From a virus: a stretch of 6,078 nucleotides of DNA. The stretch is from positions 1 to 6,078 of the IMG/VR virus record IMGVR_UViG_3300045988_001146, one strand, 5' to 3'. This document shows positions 1 through 5,310 of this stretch, piece by piece. The translations under genes were made by a program, and so were the position numbers. Within the stretch, counting starts at the first letter, position 1; each line of letters starts with the position of its first letter. Under the pieces are notes generated by a model that was not told where the DNA came from, did no database searches, and saw nothing but the letters and a program-made list of their open reading frames with translations.

Positions 1-99
1 AAACTGGGCAGCCATCTGATCCGAATAATCCTTAGAACTAAATTGTACTACTTCTTTCCAGCGCTGGAGATATTCAGTGGCACGAAGTGAAAGGGCAGA
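1..99. repeat. Terminal redundancy, copy 1. It is identical to 5980-6078 and marks a circular genome of 5,979 nt.
   Basis: Base-by-base comparison shows 1-99 and 5980-6078 are identical (aaactgggcagccatctgatccgaataatcc...gaagtgaaagggcaga). The repeat lies inside one continuous reading frame. Confidence 0.97.
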
Positions 100-1071
100 G
101 AGATCAGAATTTAAAGTTGCATAACGAGCAGAAGTAGAGGTATTATTAGTAGTAATAGCAGTAGAAGAAGCAGAATTAATAATAGAACCAACAGAACCAG
201 TACCCGAAGTATAAGCATAGACGCGAGAAGGGTTTTCAGTAGGAGATAATACACTCGGCAAAACAGCTACCGAACCATACTGAGAAGAGGGAAGCATACC
301 CATAAAATAATCCTTCGGATAGTTGGCATAACGGAGTTTAAGCATATTCACAGCCAAGGAAATTTTGCCAGTACCAGACCAATAATCAACATTATAAGCA
401 TAAGCTAAATGCTTTTCCCATTGAGAATTACTAAAGAAATCGAAATAGATCTTCTGGTAAGCCAACAGAGGAAGAATGTTAACAAGTTGGCTAGACGAAT
501 AAACCAAAGGGTTATCAGCATCACCAAGATTATCAACACCTAGATACTTCTTAGTAATAGCAGCCTTGCCTGTATTGGTAGATGAAATCATAGAACCATA
601 ACCAAGCAGATCAAGCAACTTACAAGTACCATAAACGATAGGGAGACCTGCGTCATCACGAGAATTAGTTTGGTCACTAGCATTAGCTAACTGAAGAAAC
701 ACACTAAAATCACTCTGAGCAACGTTAGGAACAGAAGTAAGCGCAGAGGTATTTTCAGAAGAACTAGAAGCGCTAGTCACATAGTCCGTCATCTGAGTAA
801 ATGCCTGTGGAAGCGCACGAGAAATCAGACGCAATGGCACAGCATAGAAATCATAGTACTCCTTGATACGGGTATAGGCAGCCGTATTCACCGGGACAGT
901 ACGGGTAAACCAGTCAGACGAAATACGATACTTGTTACCTGGAATAGCAATCTGCCAATAACAAGGAAGAATTTCACCAACTTTAGCTGTAAACAATTTT
1001 TTCGAACTCAAGTCGAAAGAAGACCGATGGGTAGAAATCCTAGCTCGGTCTAAAGGATTAAAATCACTCAT
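1..1071 (-). CDS. VP1: Major capsid protein VP1 (F-like), N-terminal 357 codons. It continues in frame across the circular junction into 5979..5311.
   Basis: This frame is absent from the ORF track because it has no stop inside the window. I hand-translated the minus strand from the ATG at 1071-1069 down to position 1 and found no stop. The translation reads MSDFNPLDRARISTHRSSFDLSSKKLFTAKVGEILPCYWQIAIPGNKYRISSDWFTRTVPVNTAAYTRIKEYYDFYAVPLRLISRALPQ...LPLLAYQKIYFDFFSNSQWEK...NYPKDYFMGMLPSSQYG...SLRATEYLQRWKEVVQFSSKDYSDQMAAQF. The N-terminal FDLS..FTAKVGEL-P block, AYQKIY.DFF, DYF.G.LP..Q.G and LQRW.E are characteristic of Microviridae capsid proteins. Arithmetic check: 1071 + 669 nt = 1740 nt = 579 aa plus stop, so the two segments join in frame. 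About 55% of third codon positions are T. Confidence 0.95.
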   Translation of the reverse strand, partial: MSDFNPLDRARISTHRSSFDLSSKKLFTAKVGEILPCYWQIAIPGNKYRISSDWFTRTVPVNTAAYTRIKEYYDFYAVPLRLISRALPQAFTQMTDYVTSASSSSENTSALTSVPNVAQSDFSVFLQLANASDQTNSRDDAGLPIVYGTCKLLDLLGYGSMISSTNTGKAAITKKYLGVDNLGDADNPLVYSSSQLVNILPLLAYQKIYFDFFSNSQWEKHLAYAYNVDYWSGTGKISLAVNMLKLRYANYPKDYFMGMLPSSQYGSVAVLPSVLSPTENPSRVYAYTSGTGSVGSIINSASSTAITTNNTSTSARYATLNSDLSALSLRATEYLQRWKEVVQFSSKDYSDQMAAQF

Positions 1072-1083
1072 AATCAATTAAAA

Positions 1084-2763
1084 TTAAACCATACGATTAA
1101 ATATATTATTAGCATCATTAAGTTGCTTATGCTTAATCATATCACGACAGAATGTCGAACTACGGTACCGGAGTTGCTCAAGAAGTTGAATCGTTTCACG
1201 TGAAATATTCGACAAGACATCAACCTCTTGCCCGTTCTGAGGCAACGCAAACATACAATCCGATATGTCTGGGTATCGGGAACGGAGGTCATATGCATTT
1301 CGTAAACTTTCATAATTCGCTTTCTGTTCATATTCTATGCCTGTTTTAATGATAAACATAATACGACCGGAGTAAGCACTAACATCAGAGCCGAAGAGAG
1401 GGAGATGCCAGTTACGGAAGAACTTATGGACATATAGGAACAACCGATACAGTTTATTAATATAAGACTCAATATCGACATCACTAGAACTGTTGCAGAA
1501 CCTAGTAAGACACCGAGAAGCATGTAATATAATCTTGTCATCATCAGTAAGAATAGAATTAGCCTTAAGATATTGATAATAAGTACGAACAAGACTCAAA
1601 ACCGAGTCCTGTTCATAGCCAACGAATCCGAACCTTGCAATTCTCTTTGGCGTTGAATGCACAGCGCAAAGAATTCGAGCAATCGTAGTACTATCGTCAT
1701 TGCGAGCAGACGAGAATCGGGGCAATAAGGTACGGATATACGACATGGGTGGAGTTGACCGAACACTGACACCATTGAAATTATAGACTCTTCCGTTAAC
1801 GACAGAATCGATTTTTTGCTCAATTTGCGCATAAGGGTCTTCGTCTTCAACGAAATTGCAACCCTTCTCAAAGAATCCGACAGACGCTCGAGACCTGGGT
1901 CTAAACGCGCGGCATGAGCGATATAACAAGGGAGAAGCACACAAGCAGTTAACGTAACTCGCAACGTACGAGCCAGCGCCACCAACGGAACGTTGGAAAT
2001 CTGAACGACCGAGTTTCCAACTCTTATCGTGACAGTATCGTAAAACCTCGGAGACTTTGTCCGAGTTTGTGAATAATAGGAGATGATAATGCGGGCGGAA
2101 ATGCACGGGTCCATACTCACCCACAGCGTAGAAATGTAACGTTTCATAAGAACCTAATTTCAAAGACAAATGTTTACGTAAACGTTTAATATAATTCTGA
2201 ACATCAACATAATTCAGAAAGGGAATAAGGTTATCACGACCGTATTGTGCAGAAGCGGGATAATCCGTCTTGTCAACGGCCTGCGTCTTATTGATAAAAC
2301 TACGAATAGCATCCATACTAAGAAACCAATTATCCTTAACAGGGAGATATTCCTTAATTTCACGGTCAAACGGCACAGTGCCTTGAACCTGTTCGAAAAA
2401 TATATGACGCAACATGGAGTTATCATCACATTGATACTCGGAAACAGGGATATACTGATGATGTTCATTACCAAAATGAATATCTCCTGAAATACCTAAG
2501 GCATCCTCATAATCACTATGGAGAACACTGCAATTCATAAGAGGAAGATGTTCATTGTCATAAGTAAGAGTTACAAAATAAGAATACTTGAAAGCACTTC
2601 CTGCGGTCTTCACACGCATAGACGCCTTTTTAGCTTTCTTATGGATACAATAATCACATTGACCACAATCTACAGCAATGCGCGCACCAGTGTACTTGTT
2701 CGTAATAAACGAACGATGCTGACAATGATCAACAGTCTTAAGTAAATCAGGAGAAAATTTCAT
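1084..2763 (-). CDS. VP4: Replication initiation protein VP4 (HUH rolling-circle endonuclease, phiX174 A-like).
   Basis: 559-aa ORF. Motif I is FVTLTY (aa 63-68, nt 2560-2577). The DVQNYIKRLRK...FYAVGEYG block precedes motif II HYHLLLF (aa 225-231, nt 2071-2091, checked by reverse-complementing the DNA). Motif III is the two-tyrosine YVASYVNC (Y266/Y270, nt 1954-1968), close to phiX174 A YVAKYVNK as I recall it. There is an N-terminal Cys/His cluster (CQH...CGQCDYC). Confidence 0.93.
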   Translation of the reverse strand: MKFSPDLLKTVDHCQHRSFITNKYTGARIAVDCGQCDYCIHKKAKKASMRVKTAGSAFKYSYFVTLTYDNEHLPLMNCSVLHSDYEDALGISGDIHFGNEHHQYIPVSEYQCDDNSMLRHIFFEQVQGTVPFDREIKEYLPVKDNWFLSMDAIRSFINKTQAVDKTDYPASAQYGRDNLIPFLNYVDVQNYIKRLRKHLSLKLGSYETLHFYAVGEYGPVHFRPHYHLLLFTNSDKVSEVLRYCHDKSWKLGRSDFQRSVGGAGSYVASYVNCLCASPLLYRSCRAFRPRSRASVGFFEKGCNFVEDEDPYAQIEQKIDSVVNGRVYNFNGVSVRSTPPMSYIRTLLPRFSSARNDDSTTIARILCAVHSTPKRIARFGFVGYEQDSVLSLVRTYYQYLKANSILTDDDKIILHASRCLTRFCNSSSDVDIESYINKLYRLFLYVHKFFRNWHLPLFGSDVSAYSGRIMFIIKTGIEYEQKANYESLRNAYDLRSRYPDISDCMFALPQNGQEVDVLSNISRETIQLLEQLRYRSSTFCRDMIKHKQLNDANNIFNRMV

Positions 2764-2765
2764 AA

Positions 2766-3074
2766 CTATTTGCGTTTATAAATTACCTGATGACGATTAC
2801 GGCCACCAAACGAAATATGAATAAACGTAGGATATAATATCAGCTGGTCAAATACATGAATATTGTCCGAATAACTATGGATATGCTCAAGCAACCGACT
2901 ATAAGAAGTAGAACCATAAGGCTTAATATCAATAGCCTCTCCAAACAGATGCTGCGAATTAGGGACACCACCGGCAGCCTTATTTTCAGCAATAGAGCGT
3001 TTAGCACTTGTTATCGTAAAATGCAAGTTAAAAGACAACAGATGCTCAAGAAAATCCATAAGAGCACTATTCAT
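2766..3074 (-). CDS. Small zinc peptidase of the M15 family (Peptidase_M15_3/VanY-like fold); candidate peptidoglycan hydrolase (endolysin).
   Basis: 102-aa ORF containing ITSAKRS (conserved Arg26), NKAAGGVPNSQH, H42-x6-D49 (SQHLFGEAIDI) and a distal His in FIHISF (H86). This matches the S.R...N..GG...S.H..G.A.DI...H zinc-binding layout of M15 peptidases. No signal peptide or TM segment is present. Third codon positions are T-rich, as in the core genes. Its start overlaps the stop of the upstream small ORF (ATGA), and it ends 2 nt before the VP4 start. Confidence 0.78.
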   Translation of the reverse strand: MNSALMDFLEHLLSFNLHFTITSAKRSIAENKAAGGVPNSQHLFGEAIDIKPYGSTSYSRLLEHIHSYSDNIHVFDQLILYPTFIHISFGGRNRHQVIYKRK

Positions 3075-3154
3075 AATCCAATAGCATTAAGAATATAACC
3101 AAGAGCCGCCGAAACAGCGCCAATCACAATTTTCCAAATATTACTACTTTTCAT
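3071..3154 (-). CDS. 27-aa single-pass membrane peptide (MKSSNIWKIVIGAVSAALGYILNAIGL); candidate holin-like or lysis accessory protein.
   Basis: This is the downstream part of the 75-aa track ORF (3071..3298), starting from the internal ATG at 3154. It has a short polar N-terminus followed by a 22-residue hydrophobic helix. By hand count, T occupies 17/27 third codon positions (about 63%), matching bona fide genes. The upstream 48 codons of the same frame have only 13/48 T3 and 21/48 G3. The stop overlaps the peptidase start (ATGA at 3071-3074). The start lies 8 nt upstream of the stop codon of the 65-aa ORF (the two ORFs overlap by 11 nt). Confidence 0.4.
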   Translation of the reverse strand: MKSSNIWKIVIGAVSAALGYILNAIGL

Positions 3155-3341
3155 TACCGTTCTGATTTTTAAATTCAACAAAATCATCTTCCTCTTTAAT
3201 CGAGTCCACAACAACAATAAAACCCAATGGACAAAAACGTTCGCAATAGCGTCCAAGACCATCGAGAGAACTAACGACATAAGGCGAAAAAGCATCACGA
3301 CCAGTGTTTCTGTCTTTAACTGAAATAATAAATCTTTGCAT
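3144..3341 (-). CDS. Hypothetical 65-aa soluble protein with an acidic C-terminus; first gene after the promoter.
   Basis: The ORF is MQRFIISVKDRNTGRDAFSPYVVSSLDGLGRYCERFCPLGFIVVVDSIKEEDDFVEFKNQNGNEK. T3 is 36/65 (about 55%) by hand count, equal to VP1, which favours this frame over the overlapping 75-aa frame. It lies directly downstream of the predicted promoter and AT-rich leader. It has a faint resemblance to small non-structural (VP5-type) proteins of gokushovirus-like phages, which I cannot verify here. Confidence 0.55.
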   Translation of the reverse strand: MQRFIISVKDRNTGRDAFSPYVVSSLDGLGRYCERFCPLGFIVVVDSIKEEDDFVEFKNQNGNEK

Positions 3342-3390
3342 AACTGTAATAATTTAAATAATTAATAATAATTGTAACTTCTACACAGTG

Positions 3391-3421
3391 CAAAGATACG
3401 AACTATTTTCATAAATCCAAA
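3391..3421 (-). promoter_or_regulatory. Bacteroides-type sigma-A promoter: -33 TTTG (3421-3418), 19-nt spacer, -7 TATCTTTG (3398-3391).
   Basis: The minus strand reads TTTG-GATTTATGAAAATAGTTCG-TATCTTTG, matching the published Bacteroides consensus TTTG / TAnnTTTG. An A8 tract lies just upstream (3438-3431 on the minus strand). A leader of about 45 nt, AT-rich and without a Shine-Dalgarno sequence, runs to the ATG at 3341. This is the only sizeable non-coding region in the genome. Confidence 0.6.
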
Positions 3422-3572
3422 GAAAAACTATTTTTTTTAGATTATACCATAGAGTGTGAGTTGTGCGTTTATAGACAAGAAACGGGAGAATCCGAGAGGA
3501 TAACTCGAATTTGCTTCGCACACAACTAGGGGCTTCGCTTAATTAACAAGTGGATGTATACAAAGGTGTATA

Positions 3573-3727
3573 GGCACGGCAAGGCAGGGACTGTCTTGCC
3601 TTTGCGCACTCCGTGCTAAAATACCGGAGCGGGGCGCTCCTATAAAGAGGTCGCTCCGCTCCATTTTTCGATCAGGCCCTACGCGGGCGGCGGGTGTATA
3701 TCGCTCAAACGCCGCGATGGGCTCCTA
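3573..3727 (-). other. GC-rich hairpin cluster in the single intergenic region; candidate complementary-strand origin, terminator or regulatory structure.
   Basis: Hand count gives 95/155 G+C (61%) against roughly 40% elsewhere. Hairpin 1 is GGCAAGGC (3578-3585) / GTCTTGCC (3593-3600), with outer GCACGG (3574-3579) / CCGTGC (3611-3616) as an alternative. Hairpin 2 is GGAGCG (3626-3631) / CGCTCC (3635-3640); CGCTCC occurs again at 3652-3657 and 3657-3662. Hairpin 3 is GCCC..CGCGG (3676-3686) / CCGCG..GGGC (3711-3722) with a 2x2 internal loop. Confidence 0.5.
3616..3640 (-). terminator. Possible intrinsic terminator of the genome-length operon.
   Basis: The minus strand reads GGAGCG-CCC-CGCTCC followed by GGTATTTTAG, about 100 nt downstream of the VP2 stop. 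The stem is only 6 bp and the T tract is short and interrupted. On the plus strand, GGAGCGG (3626-3632) / CCGCTCC (3656-3662) followed by ATTTTT would act in the opposite direction. Confidence 0.35.
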
Positions 3728-3743
3728 GTCCTAAAGAATGTAT

Positions 3744-4859
3744 TTATTTACGGCCAACAGCATTACTAATTCCTTGGAATATACGGGTACCGTAATCAAT
3801 AGCATTACGCAATTCATAAGAATTGACATCCTTCTGCTTCTGTTTAGATGACCATTTATAATAATCACGCAAGGCCTTATCTTTAGAATACTCCATATTC
3901 TTAAGGACATTAATATTCTTCGAATCCCATAATGAACCTAAGCCACGAGCACGATTAGACTGAATATTAGCATAGATAAGAGAGTCAGCAGTCTGAGAAG
4001 CAATCCTATTATTAATACGAATGCCGTTCGTTTCGGCAGCTGTCTTAATAGCTAGAGCCATCTGATTCTTATATTGCGCCTCGGTCAAAGAACCTTGTGC
4101 ATACAGATTAGCAAGTGTCTGGCCTTTAATAAACAAATCAGCCTGTTGTTGCTCATCAAGATATTTATTAAGTACCTGTTGAGCCTCAGAATCAAGCAGA
4201 ATCTGCGCCTCTTGGGCAGAAGTCAAACGACCGGCAAACTCCATATTCTTAAGTTCCTGATACTCCTTGGACTGGTCCAATAAAGCGGAACGTCTACCAG
4301 TAGAAGCATTCCAATAACCTGACTGACCAACACCAATGTTACGATAATTGGTATCGCCCAAGATCTGTTGCATCTTATACGGAGTAAGAGCAGCGTTCTG
4401 TTCAGCATTAAGCATAGCAGCACGAGCCTGTGCCATAGAAGCAAGAGCAGTACCGACATCAGAGAAATCGGGACGGAAAGCCTGTAAACTAGGAGCGGAG
4501 GAGGCAGAAGCAGCAGCACCACCAGAAGCAGGAGATCTAGAACCAGCCATAGCAGCAGAACCTTGGACAAATGGATTAAGACCACGAGAAATCATTGCAT
4601 TGGGGGAATTATAAGAATTATTCATTCCCCACATCTTTTCCTGCCAGTCACGCTGAATCTGTGCCTGCTGAGCATTAAACGCATTATTCTCGCGGTTAAT
4701 ATCAATACTGGTCTGATTGGTCTTATTCTGCGAAGAAGCACCAATAGCATTACCGGCAAGTGAAGCACCGGCAGCAATAATACCTCCAAGAACAAGCGGA
4801 GCAATATGCTTTTCGGAGTGTCCCATTAAGGGACTTTCTCCAATATCATAGAACCTCAT
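3744..4859 (-). CDS. VP2: Minor capsid / DNA pilot protein VP2 (H-like).
   Basis: 371-aa ORF. It has an N-terminal Gly/Ala-rich hydrophobic segment (IAPLVLGGIIAAGASLAGNAIGA). This is followed by a Q/N/A-rich region and WQEKMWGMNNSYNSPNAMISRGLNPF, which fits the YNSP...GLNP signature I associate with VP2 of gokusho/alpavirus-like phages. The remainder is long, helical and Q/A/L-rich. The start overlaps the stop of the upstream gene (ATGA at 4856-4859). Confidence 0.8.
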   Translation of the reverse strand: MRFYDIGESPLMGHSEKHIAPLVLGGIIAAGASLAGNAIGASSQNKTNQTSIDINRENNAFNAQQAQIQRDWQEKMWGMNNSYNSPNAMISRGLNPFVQGSAAMAGSRSPASGGAAASASSAPSLQAFRPDFSDVGTALASMAQARAAMLNAEQNAALTPYKMQQILGDTNYRNIGVGQSGYWNASTGRRSALLDQSKEYQELKNMEFAGRLTSAQEAQILLDSEAQQVLNKYLDEQQQADLFIKGQTLANLYAQGSLTEAQYKNQMALAIKTAAETNGIRINNRIASQTADSLIYANIQSNRARGLGSLWDSKNINVLKNMEYSKDKALRDYYKWSSKQKQKDVNSYELRNAIDYGTRIFQGISNAVGRK

Positions 4860-5299
4860 TGAGCACCGGCGTCAGGGGCGGGCGACTCATCGGGCGCTGA
4901 CTGTTGCTCTGCCAACATTTCCTGTGCGTACTTGGTAATTTCAGACTTTTCACTAGCCAGCTGCTGCAAAACAGCCTGTCGTTCCGACATAGTCTGACAA
5001 TGACGGGAAATAACACAATTAAAACGTTGCTCATCAGTCATACCATCCATAACAGTAGACTGGGTAGGATGCATCCGGGCAAGAATATTCTGAACATTCA
5101 TGTCACCAAGAAGACGGCGATACTTCTCCTGATTAAGAAGAATCTGCGTCATATCGCATTGAATCAAATCACCGTCAAGAGACTCATCATACATAACAGT
5201 ATCGTATACAGACTGTTGATAGCAAGGATGTTCTTCAACCAACTCGGGAATAACCTCATTCTTAATATAATCGGGGTTCTTATAAGCAAAATTTCTCAT
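4856..5299 (-). CDS. Putative internal scaffolding protein (VP3-like); assignment by position and character only.
   Basis: 147-aa acidic ORF lying between VP1 and VP2. It starts 11 nt after the VP1 stop and is coupled to VP2 by an ATGA overlap. The C-terminal tail is Q/E/A/P-rich. I recognise no diagnostic motif. Confidence 0.45.
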   Translation of the reverse strand: MRNFAYKNPDYIKNEVIPELVEEHPCYQQSVYDTVMYDESLDGDLIQCDMTQILLNQEKYRRLLGDMNVQNILARMHPTQSTVMDGMTDEQRFNCVISRHCQTMSERQAVLQQLASEKSEITKYAQEMLAEQQSAPDESPAPDAGAQ

Positions 5300-5310
5300 A
5301 ACAAAAACAA

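Noticed and set aside
3071-3298. 75-aa two-TM holin-like ORF starting at ATG 3298.
   Set aside because: The N-terminal 48 codons have atypical third-position composition (27% T, 44% G) and overlap the better-supported 65-aa frame. Only the last 27 codons look coding. I kept it as a lower-probability alternative in the findings.
3441-3449. Sigma-70-style extended -10 element, TGGTATAAT, on the minus strand.
   Set aside because: No acceptable -35 lies 17 nt upstream (AACGCA). The Bacteroides-type promoter 45 nt downstream fits the inferred host better. It may still function in a proteobacterial background and cannot be excluded from sequence alone.
3541-3572. Possible XerC/XerD dif-like attachment site (AATTAACAAGT GGATGT ATACAAAGGTG, with TGTATA motifs), as used by temperate Bacteroidetes microviruses.
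   Set aside because: Only 7/11 matches to one arm of the E. coli dif site and a poor match to the other. There is no clear 11-6-11 imperfect palindrome. I do not know the Bacteroidetes dif consensus well enough to call it. BLASTN against Bacteroidales dif regions or prophage junctions would settle it.
3539-3664. 41-codon minus-strand ORF (MERSDLFIGAPRSGILARSAQRQDSPCLAVPIHLCIHPLVN) running through the GC-rich island.
   Set aside because: T3 is only about 32%. The composition is unlike all other genes, the ORF coincides with the hairpin stems, and there is no start context. It is more likely non-coding structured DNA or RNA.
4223-4585. Very hydrophobic minus-strand alternative-frame ORFs, which could be taken for membrane proteins or overlapping genes. 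This one reads MVLIHLSKVLLLWLVLDLLLLVV...; others are 1335..1592, 1596..2147, 2214..2474, 4622..4804, 4846..5034, 5490..5684, 5742..5981 and 1137..1331.
   Set aside because: They are frame-shifted readings of genes whose third positions are about 55% T. The shift puts T at codon position 2 and so produces Leu/Val/Phe/Ile-rich pseudo-proteins systematically across the genome. None has independent support.
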